From assembly GCA_964473465.1 (NCBI GenBank), contig CAYYPE010000011.1, positions 555-64,554 on the forward strand: 64,000 nt of DNA. The letters run 5' to 3'. The notes below the pieces were generated by a model. The model made no database searches. It saw only the letters and a program-made list of their open reading frames with translations, and was not told the origin of the DNA. Below are positions 40,277-48,004 of the stretch, piece by piece. Every line of letters starts with the position of its first letter. Within the stretch, counting starts at the first letter, position 1. This stretch comes from an uncultured Hyphomicrobiales bacterium (GTDB lineage: Bacteria > Bacteroidota > Ignavibacteria > Kapaibacteriales > UBA2268). Made by a program: the position numbers and the translations under genes.

Positions 40277-40401
40277 AAAATATCCTTGATAATAATTAAA
40301 AAAACAATCAGATTTATTTTTCTATAACACAAATATAATATATAAAGTTACAAGTTTCATAAATTATTTTTATCTACATTAAATTTTTTATAAAGAACAG
40401 A

Positions 40402-41595
40402 TTAAGGAATTGCAATAACACCTAATATTGCTTTGCGGTGAGCTCCTGTTGCTGAGGGTATGTTGCCATGCAAACGACCAATTGTTCGCCATGCCAGATA
40501 AGCGAAGCATAAAGCTTCTTTCGCATCGTAAGGTACTCCAAAATCATCTGTTAAATATAATTCGACTTCAGGTAAATACGCTTTTATCCTATCAATAATA
40601 AATAAGTTTTGAGAGCCACCACCTGAAACTATCAATTTACCTCCGAAATTTGTATATCTTTTTATATTTATGTAAATACTCCATGCGGTAAATTCTGATA
40701 AAGTACAGATAAAATCATTATAATCAAATTTTTCAAGACCTGTCCAGTTCATAATTGAAGAAATATAATCTTCGTTAAAGAGTTCCCTGCCTGTTGATTT
40801 GGGTGGAGTTTTATGAACAAATTCATTCTGTTTTAGGACTTCGAACAAAGGTTCAATTATTTTGCCGCTTCTGGCGTGAAAACCCAAATCATCATAAGGT
40901 TGATTCAGATATTTCTGCATAAATGTATCAATGAGAACATTACCGGGACCGGTGTCGAAAGCTATTACCTCATCTTCACTTGAGTTAGCTGGTATATAAG
41001 TTATATTAGCCATTCCACCAATATTAAGCATTATAATATTTTCAACTTTACTTGCAAAAAAATTATAATCAAATATTGGAACTAGGGGAGCACCCTGTCC
41101 GCCAAGTGCTATGTCTGCAGTGCGAAAATCGCCAACAACAGGCACATTAATAATATTTGCAAGAAAGGAGGCTGAACCTAACTGAAGTGTATGTCCCTTT
41201 GAAATTGAATTAACATCCATATTTATTTGAGGTTCATGCCAGACTGTTTGTCCATGAATACCTACCGCATCGAGCTCAAAAGGGGATAAATTAGCACTTT
41301 TAAGTATTGATTTGACTGAATGAGCGTATAATCTGGATAATTCCGAATTTACAAATGACAGTTCCGATATACTGGAGTCTGACTTGATAATTTTATGGAT
41401 TAGTTTTGTTATTTTATCGGGTATATCGGATTTATGCTGCTCAATCAAAGTGAATTGATGCTTACCGAAAATATCAACTGAAAATGAAGCTAAAACGGAA
41501 TCAATTGAATCAATGGAAGTCCCGGTCATTAAGCCACAAATAAGTCTTGGCTTTGAGAACCATTGTTTTGGATGGAGAAACAAATAATCACTCAT
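40402..41595 (-). CDS. anmK: Anhydro-N-acetylmuramic acid kinase
   Basis: 397 aa. The N-terminal …ICGLMTGTSIDSIDSVLA matches the AnmK GLMSGTSLDGID motif, with an ASKHA-fold ATPase pattern throughout. Confidence 0.88.
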   Translation of the reverse strand: MSDYLFLHPKQWFSKPRLICGLMTGTSIDSIDSVLASFSVDIFGKHQFTLIEQHKSDIPDKITKLIHKIIKSDSSISELSFVNSELSRLYAHSVKSILKSANLSPFELDAVGIHGQTVWHEPQINMDVNSISKGHTLQLGSASFLANIINVPVVGDFRTADIALGGQGAPLVPIFDYNFFASKVENIIMLNIGGMANITYIPANSSEDEVIAFDTGPGNVLIDTFMQKYLNQPYDDLGFHARSGKIIEPLFEVLKQNEFVHKTPPKSTGRELFNEDYISSIMNWTGLEKFDYNDFICTLSEFTAWSIYINIKRYTNFGGKLIVSGGGSQNLFIIDRIKAYLPEVELYLTDDFGVPYDAKEALCFAYLAWRTIGRLHGNIPSATGAHRKAILGVIAIP

Positions 41596-41610
41596 TTTGT
41601 CTAAATTGTA

Positions 41611-41640
41611 AACAAGGGGTTAAAAAACCCCTTGTTAAAT
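41611..41640 (-). terminator. Strong hairpin between the OPT transporter and anmK; possible weak terminator or attenuator
   Basis: aacaaggggtt–aaaaa–aaccccttgtt is a perfect 11-bp stem. On the minus strand only a short, interrupted U-run follows (UUUACAAUUU), so termination is probably partial. Confidence 0.35.
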
Positions 41641-41659
41641 TTTTGTTATTAGAAGAATA

Positions 41660-43957
41660 TTAAACCATAGCAGCGGGCGGTGCAGGTTCGTCAGGACTAC
41701 CCGCATTTTTTACAGGGGTTCTGACCAGTATCCAGCCAACTACAAGAAATACAAGCAAACTAATAAAGAATGTTGGATTATCAAATAATGTTGGAATCTT
41801 CCATTCTAAAACAGCAAACAGAGCAAAAAGCAATCCAATTAAAGCTTCTCCTGCAATTAGACCAGCGGCCAGTAAGACGCCGGTATTACCAACTCTTGCT
41901 TGTTGAGCCTCGTTGAATTTTTTCTTTTCTACAACTTTATCGAGTATGCCTTTTATCAAACCGCCGATGAAGATAGCAAATGAGGTTTCGAGCGGGAGAT
42001 ACATACCAACACACACAAGCATCGGACTTTTAACTTTAACGAGAATAAACCCGATTGCCATTAAAATTCCAACAATAATCAAGCCCCATTCCATACTGCC
42101 TCCAAGAATACCCTGAGAAAGGATTGCCATCAATGATGCCTGTGGAGCCGGATATTCTTTTCCACCGAGACCTGTAACTCCGGGTGTGTAAGATCCATTG
42201 CCATTTTCCTGAATATCACCTTGATGTAGGACGAGCAACGGAAAAAACATTACAGCAGCAGCCAGAATAATACCAAGTATATCTCCGATCTGCATTTTCC
42301 ATGGCGTTCCACCTATGATATGACCGACTTTCAAGTCCTGAAGCATTTCACCAGCGACAGCAGCTGCAACACATACAACTGCCGCAACACCGAGAACTGC
42401 CGGAACTCCTGCTTCTCCTTTTGTGCCGAGAATTACCATTAGTACCGCTGCAATCAATAATGTTGATATTGTTAAACCACTTATTGGATTATTGCTTGAA
42501 CCTATCAAACCAACCAAATATCCAGAAACTGCAGCAAAAAAGAAACCAGCTATCACCATTACAACTGTAGCAATCAGAGCCGGTATTAAGGTTCCCGAAA
42601 ACCAATAATAAATAAAGAAAGTAGCAACCGAAGCCAGGAGAATTAAAATAAACACCCACTTGAAATCCATATCCTGCTGTGTTCTGTCCTCAGCAACAGT
42701 GCCACCTGCGGCTTTTTTTGTATCTCTGACAGCTCTTCCAATGCCTTGAATCAAACTTTTTCTCATTCTCCACAATGTGAAGGCAGCACTCATTAGCATT
42801 CCACCGATTGCAATTTTTCTAACAACATTTTTCCATGTTGACTCGCCGACCTCAACCCAAGACTCATTATTCATTTCGTTATAGCTATTTGCCATTTCTG
42901 ACTCACTTCCACTTTCGTATTCAGATTTTGCTTTTTGGAATCTACTTTCAGCTTCTACCTGGGCTGAAGAATAAATCAATACTTCTTCTTCTGTAGCTTT
43001 ATTACTTTCCAAATGAACTAGAATCTTATTCTTTTCTTTTTGAGCTAAGTCAAATAATTCACTATCGGAAAGACCAGGATTTTTGGCTTTTTTGTTTTCG
43101 ATAATTTTTTCAATGAAAACTGAATTAAAATATTTATCTTTATTTATATTGTCAATGTTGATGGCAGGAGCAATGAAAAACATCAAAACAGGTACGAAAA
43201 GTCCCCACGCAAGCAAACCGCCTGTAAAGTTTAGTGCGGCAAGATTTGGTCCTATAATATAACCAACACCCATATATGCAGGACTAACGCCTGGCGTACT
43301 GATTATTGAGCCGCCACCTGTTCCGATTGAGGTTCCTCCGATTTTGATTGAGCCGGTAGCAAATGGGAAATAATGCGACCAACTTGCAGCGAATAATTTT
43401 ATTTGCTTTAAAACTTGAATCAAGGCACCAATACCCATAGCTGAAAATAAGAATTTTGCACCGCTTGAACCCGTTCTCCCAGCTTTATGAATTTCAGCAG
43501 CTGCAACTGATTCAGGAAAAGGAAGCTCTCTATCCTCGACCATCACCCTTCTTATTATTGTAATAAAAAGAATACCAAACAAACCTCCTACAAGCAATAC
43601 TGCTGAAGTTTGAAGATAGTTCGATACTGACCAGAAATTCTGTCCATCCCAGACACCAGCAATTATAAAAGCTGGTATGGTAAATATGGCTCCCGCAGCT
43701 ACTGATTCTCCTATTGAACCGACAGTTCTGGCTATGTTTTCTTCAAGAATAGATCCCTTAAAAATTTTCAAGAATGCCATTCCTATAACTGCTGCTGGAT
43801 AGGTAGCGGCTATAGTCATTCCTGCTTTTAAACCAAGATAAGCATTTGCAGCACCAAGCACAACAGACATAATTAATCCAATGACTAATGCACGTATCGT
43901 CATTTCTGCCATTGGCATATCAGGGGGGACAAATGGGACGTATTTCTTATCTTCCAT
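41660..43957 (-). CDS. OPT-family oligopeptide transporter
   Basis: 765 aa and polytopic. The N-terminus MTIRALVIGLIMSVVLGAANAYLGLKAGMTIAATYPAAVIGMA and the overall Gly-rich TM pattern are typical of the bacterial OPT superfamily. A central acidic hydrophilic insertion accounts for the extra length. Confidence 0.8.
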   Translation of the reverse strand: MEDKKYVPFVPPDMPMAEMTIRALVIGLIMSVVLGAANAYLGLKAGMTIAATYPAAVIGMAFLKIFKGSILEENIARTVGSIGESVAAGAIFTIPAFIIAGVWDGQNFWSVSNYLQTSAVLLVGGLFGILFITIIRRVMVEDRELPFPESVAAAEIHKAGRTGSSGAKFLFSAMGIGALIQVLKQIKLFAASWSHYFPFATGSIKIGGTSIGTGGGSIISTPGVSPAYMGVGYIIGPNLAALNFTGGLLAWGLFVPVLMFFIAPAINIDNINKDKYFNSVFIEKIIENKKAKNPGLSDSELFDLAQKEKNKILVHLESNKATEEEVLIYSSAQVEAESRFQKAKSEYESGSESEMANSYNEMNNESWVEVGESTWKNVVRKIAIGGMLMSAAFTLWRMRKSLIQGIGRAVRDTKKAAGGTVAEDRTQQDMDFKWVFILILLASVATFFIYYWFSGTLIPALIATVVMVIAGFFFAAVSGYLVGLIGSSNNPISGLTISTLLIAAVLMVILGTKGEAGVPAVLGVAAVVCVAAAVAGEMLQDLKVGHIIGGTPWKMQIGDILGIILAAAVMFFPLLVLHQGDIQENGNGSYTPGVTGLGGKEYPAPQASLMAILSQGILGGSMEWGLIIVGILMAIGFILVKVKSPMLVCVGMYLPLETSFAIFIGGLIKGILDKVVEKKKFNEAQQARVGNTGVLLAAGLIAGEALIGLLFALFAVLEWKIPTLFDNPTFFISLLVFLVVGWILVRTPVKNAGSPDEPAPPAAMV

Positions 43958-44021
43958 AATAGCTCCTTATTTAATTTAATACTATAAAACAATAAATCTA
44001 ATATCCATTATTTATTAAATA

Positions 44022-45389
44022 TTATTTGCCGAATTCATCCAGAAACAGAGCAGAAACTTTAATACCGCCGAAGAAATTCTCAATAGTAAAATTTTCATTT
44101 GGGGAATGTATATTATCTCCCGGCAAACCCATACCCATCAATACTGATGGGGCATTTAATACTTCAAGAAATGTTGATACAATAGGTATCGAACCACCCT
44201 CTCTTGTGAATAGAACCTCTTTGCCAAAAGCACTTTGGAAAGCTTTTACGGCAGATTTTATTCCTTTGCTGTCCAATGGAACCAGAACAGGATTGCCACC
44301 ATGTAGCTTTTTTATTTCGATTTTAACAGTTGGTGGAGCAAGATTTTTTAAATGTTTTTCAATTTTATTAATGATATCGTCAGGCTTTTGGTCGGGGACC
44401 AATCTCATAGAAATTTTTGCTGTAGCTTTCGAAGGAATAATAGTTTTTGCACCTTCACCTGTGTAGCCTCCATAGATACCGTTTAGATCAAGAGTCGGTC
44501 GGGCAGAAACTCTTTCGAGGGTAGTAAATCCGATTTCACCATTGACCATAGCAATACCCAGATCTTTGCAATATTCCTCTTCATCAAATGGCAGTTTTTT
44601 GAAATTTGCCCGTTCTTCGTTTGATAGTGGTCTAACATCATCATAAAATCCGGGTATGGTTATTCTACCATAATCATCTTTAAGTTTTGAAATCATCCAA
44701 CAAAGAACATTCAAAGGATTATCAATTCCTCCGCCATAAGTTCCTGAATGAAGGTCCCGATTTGGTCCTGTAATAGTCAGTTCGACAAATGCAATGCCAC
44801 GCAATGAGTAGCATATCGAAGGTTTTCCTTCGGCAAACCATTCTGTATCTGAGATAAGAACTGTATCGCAAAGTAGCATTTCACGATTGTTTTCTATGAA
44901 TTCATCTAAATGGTTGCTCCCGGCTTCTTCTTCGCCTTCTATAAGGAATTTTATATTAACAGGGAGCTTTCCAACTGTTTTTAAGTATGATTCCACAGCT
45001 TTGACATGAATAAACAACTGCCCTTTGTCATCTGCACTACCTCGGGCAAATATTTTTCCATTTTTGACAATAGGATCGAAAGGTGGAAATTCCCATAAAT
45101 TCAATGGGTCAACGGGTTGAACATCGTAATGGCCATACACAAGGACAGTCGGAGCTTCGGTTCCGGCTTCGAGCCACTCTCCATAAACGATTGAGTGCCC
45201 TGCTGTTGGTATAATCCTGACATTATTCAATCCTGCTGATTTCATATTTTCAGAAAGCCATTCGGCAGCCTGAGTCATATAATCTTTATATGATGAAATG
45301 CTGCTGATGCTTGGTATTCTTAAGAATTCGATTAGCTCATTTAGAAATCTATCTTCGTTATTTGAAATGTAATTTAATATTTCATTCAT
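44022..45389 (-). CDS. M20 family metallopeptidase (dipeptidase / ArgE-DapE-like)
   Basis: 455 aa. HYDVQPV…WEFPPF…RGSADDKGQ matches the M20 metal-binding/active-site signature, followed by the EGEEE metal-ligand segment. Confidence 0.88.
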   Translation of the reverse strand: MNEILNYISNNEDRFLNELIEFLRIPSISSISSYKDYMTQAAEWLSENMKSAGLNNVRIIPTAGHSIVYGEWLEAGTEAPTVLVYGHYDVQPVDPLNLWEFPPFDPIVKNGKIFARGSADDKGQLFIHVKAVESYLKTVGKLPVNIKFLIEGEEEAGSNHLDEFIENNREMLLCDTVLISDTEWFAEGKPSICYSLRGIAFVELTITGPNRDLHSGTYGGGIDNPLNVLCWMISKLKDDYGRITIPGFYDDVRPLSNEERANFKKLPFDEEEYCKDLGIAMVNGEIGFTTLERVSARPTLDLNGIYGGYTGEGAKTIIPSKATAKISMRLVPDQKPDDIINKIEKHLKNLAPPTVKIEIKKLHGGNPVLVPLDSKGIKSAVKAFQSAFGKEVLFTREGGSIPIVSTFLEVLNAPSVLMGMGLPGDNIHSPNENFTIENFFGGIKVSALFLDEFGK

Positions 45390-45465
45390 AACTATTTAGG
45401 TAAATAATAAAAAATTAAAAATATAAAAAATTTATGAATTATTATTAATACATATTTTTTAATTA

Positions 45466-45500
45466 ATAAAAAAAGTGAAAAGTCCTGAAAGTCTTTTCAC
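45466..45500 (-). terminator. Rho-independent terminator of the lipoprotein gene (minus strand)
   Basis: gtgaaaag–(tcctgaaagt)–cttttcac is an 8-bp stem. The A7 run on the + strand gives a U-run on the minus-strand transcript. Confidence 0.6.
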
Positions 45501-45543
45501 TTTTGTAGTTAAGAGTTGGATTAGTTCCGCTTTAACAAGGCTC

Positions 45544-46047
45544 CTATTGAATTGGTCTGCCAGTTCTGGCAATGCTAACTATGCCACTAACAATAACCCA
45601 TTTACCGCCTTCTTTCTTAAGTGTTCTGTTAACCCTGAAAAAATAACTTTCCGGAGATGGAGCTCCAACCATTTTGTATGTTGTAGGAATTCCGAAAATA
45701 ATTGAGGCGAGAGTCCCACGGCTGTCCATTTGTATCGATATATCAGACATTTCGCCGTAAGATAAGTTTTCTACTGCGTTGAACTGTTCAGTAATAGCTT
45801 TCTTGAAATCACTCAGTGATTTAATTATTTCGCTTGAGTCAGTTCCAAAAAATATAACATCTTCAGAGAGATATGGCACTAATCCTTCGAATCTTTCCTG
45901 CTCCATTGCTTTGTTGAAGGCTTTAATAGTAGCAATAATTTCTTCTTTTTCTTTTGCTATTTCAGCAGTTGAAAGTTCATCAGGTCTTGGTCCGCAACTA
46001 ATAATTAAAAATAACAAAAAGGGAATAAATAGTAAGAATTTTAGCAT
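45544..46047 (-). CDS. Small lipoprotein, NTF2-like (DUF4440/SnoaL-like fold)
   Basis: Signal peptide with lipobox LIISC. The ~150-aa body follows the NTF2-like pattern. Function unknown. Confidence 0.5.
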   Translation of the reverse strand: MLKFLLFIPFLLFLIISCGPRPDELSTAEIAKEKEEIIATIKAFNKAMEQERFEGLVPYLSEDVIFFGTDSSEIIKSLSDFKKAITEQFNAVENLSYGEMSDISIQMDSRGTLASIIFGIPTTYKMVGAPSPESYFFRVNRTLKKEGGKWVIVSGIVSIARTGRPIQ

Positions 46048-46225
46048 AAGCTCACCTATAATTATTATAAATTCATATTTTAATAAATAATTAAATTAAC
46101 CTGTGCTAAATATAAACATTTTTATTAAAAAACAATAATATTTTTTTTCAAAATTCATATTTTATATTTTATAAGTTGGTATGTTAATTGTATTATATCA
46201 ATTGTAAATTTATTGAAAGGATTTT

Positions 46226-46567
46226 ATGAGAGTTCAAAAAATTAACAATACTCAAATTAATGATATTGATTATCAGAGTATAATCATTGATAAACCAACA
46301 AAAGTTGATAAAAATAAAGTTATTGAAACAGAAAAAAAGGAGACAGGAGCTAATCTTGAACCATTGCTCAAAACATTAGAGCATCTGGAGAATAATATAC
46401 AGATGGACAATAGTCATCCTCTTAGTAAATCTGCAAATGCTCCGATTGAATCTTTCGAAGAAGCATTGATTGAGCTTGGTTATTTTAAATCCCCATTTTT
46501 CAAAGTGAATGCATCTGCGGCTCAGGCAAATTTGAAAAATCAGGATATTCTTTATCTTTTTAAATAA
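46226..46567 (+). CDS. Hypothetical 113-aa protein
   Basis: ORF only; no recognisable motifs. It lies immediately upstream of rpmG. Confidence 0.35.
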   Translation: MRVQKINNTQINDIDYQSIIIDKPTKVDKNKVIETEKKETGANLEPLLKTLEHLENNIQMDNSHPLSKSANAPIESFEEALIELGYFKSPFFKVNASAAQANLKNQDILYLFK

Positions 46568-46626
46568 ATTTTGTAATTTTAAAAAATATTGCTATTTTTG
46601 TAGTCCTAATTTTTTTTGGATCAAAT

Positions 46627-46806
46627 ATGGCAAAGAAAGAAACAAGAGTAATAATAACTTTGGAGTGCACAGAGGCTAAAAAAGAAGGCAAACCAGCCTC
46701 TCGTTATACAACAACAAAAAATAAAAATAATACTCAGGAAAGATTGGAAATTAAAAAATATAATCCTTTTTTAAGAAGGCACACAATTCACAAAGAAATC
46801 AGATAA
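46627..46806 (+). CDS. rpmG: 50S ribosomal protein L33
   Basis: Not in the ORF track because it is 59 aa. [59 protein letters not shown] carries the L33 signature YTTTKNK…ERLE.KK..P..R.H. Confidence 0.9.
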   Translation: MAKKETRVIITLECTEAKKEGKPASRYTTTKNKNNTQERLEIKKYNPFLRRHTIHKEIR

Positions 46807-46839
46807 AAATTTAGAATTTTTCTTTGTGTAAAATTGTTA

Positions 46840-46866
46840 GGGTCTGAGGTTCAAGACCCTTTTTTC
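46840..46866 (+). terminator. Rho-independent terminator after rpmG
   Basis: gggtct–gaggttca–agaccc hairpin followed by T7. Confidence 0.7.
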
Positions 46867-46867
46867 A

Positions 46868-47221
46868 TTAGTAATCCAGACCCTGTTCTTTCCTGCGAAG
46901 TCTGATTTCTTCGATTATCTTAAGTTTTTTTATAAGCGAGCTAGCCAAATTTATGTTTCTCGAATTGCAATAATTTATTAATGCAATGAAAACATCTGCT
47001 GCTTCATCAGCAAGATCATCTTCAGAAATAGTTCTGCCCTTCCATACCTTTTTCTCTAAATTTGCCAGTTCACCTGCTTCGCCATTAAGTTCAAGGCAGA
47101 AAAATTCAGGAGGCTTTTGTTTGAAAAATTGATTTTGATAGAAATCAAAACCTTGCTGAATGACAGGTAGATTATTATCAATCTGTAAAATCAGTTTCTG
47201 GAGAGTATCCATATTAAACAT
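46868..47221 (-). CDS. MazG-like nucleotide pyrophosphohydrolase (all-alpha NTP-PPase)
   Basis: 117 aa. LELNGEAGELANLEKK…DLADEAADVFIALINYCNSRNINL…KKLKIIEEIR matches the MazG-domain pattern E..GEL…E.aDvlf.l..la…gidl…K…R. Its start codon overlaps the response-regulator stop codon (ATGTTTAA). Confidence 0.65.
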   Translation of the reverse strand: MFNMDTLQKLILQIDNNLPVIQQGFDFYQNQFFKQKPPEFFCLELNGEAGELANLEKKVWKGRTISEDDLADEAADVFIALINYCNSRNINLASSLIKKLKIIEEIRLRRKEQGLDY

Positions 47222-47918
47222 CTACTGTTGATTCATCATCCTGCGGAAGGTCTCGCATTCGGTAACCAACTCCCCTGATACTTTGAATCAAGGGTTTTGT
47301 TCCATCTTCACGTTCAATTTTAGCTCTTAATCGTTTAATATAAACATCAATTATATTGGATTCGGGGTCAAAATTATGTTTCCAAACGTGCTGTGTAATT
47401 GTGCTTCTACTTAGTATTCTGTTTTTATTCCTGATAAGATATTCAAGAAGGGCATACTCTTTAGTTGTCAATTCAATTTCTTTTCCGAAGCGATATGCAA
47501 CATGAGAAATTGTGTCCAGAAGCAAATCGCCGCATTTCAGTTTGGTTGACTTTTCGGTGCTCGATCGCCTGAGGATTGAACGAAGTCTTGCGGCTAATTC
47601 TTCGAAGCTAAAAGGTTTTGGTAAATAATCATCAGCCCCAAGGTCAAGCCCCTGAACTCTGTCTTCTGTGGTTCCCCTTGCAGTAAGCATCATAATTGGA
47701 GTGGAAATTCCGGCATTTCTTAATTCGTTAAGTACTTTGAATCCATCCATCCCCGGAAGCATAACATCAAGCAGGATAGCATCAAACTGATTGTTCATTG
47801 CCATTTCGAGTCCTGTCTTGCCGTCTGAGGCTGTTTCAACTATATATCTTTCTTCTTCCAGTCCATTTTTGATAAAACTTGCAACTTTTCGCTCATCTTC
47901 GACAACTAAAATTCTCAT
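47214..47918 (-). CDS. OmpR-family two-component response regulator (receiver + winged-helix DNA-binding domain)
   Basis: MRILVVEDE…D52-like LLDVMLPGMDG…KPF; the C-terminal winged helix ends …RGVGYRM. GGGAG lies upstream of the ATG. There is no histidine kinase anywhere in the window. Confidence 0.95.
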   Translation of the reverse strand: MRILVVEDERKVASFIKNGLEEERYIVETASDGKTGLEMAMNNQFDAILLDVMLPGMDGFKVLNELRNAGISTPIMMLTARGTTEDRVQGLDLGADDYLPKPFSFEELAARLRSILRRSSTEKSTKLKCGDLLLDTISHVAYRFGKEIELTTKEYALLEYLIRNKNRILSRSTITQHVWKHNFDPESNIIDVYIKRLRAKIEREDGTKPLIQSIRGVGYRMRDLPQDDESTVDV

Positions 47919-48004
47919 AATTATTTTCTCCCAGATGGAATAAAAATAAAAAATAAATATAATAATTAATTATTAATTAATCAATGTTAATTTCTTTTAT
48001 ATTT

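Noticed and set aside
46840-46866. The GC-rich segment gggtctgaggttcaagaccc resembles a tRNA T-arm (GGTTCAAGNCC-like).
   Set aside because: No acceptor stem, D-arm or anticodon arm can be built from the flanking sequence. It is a simple hairpin followed by T7, immediately after the rpmG stop, so it is a terminator.
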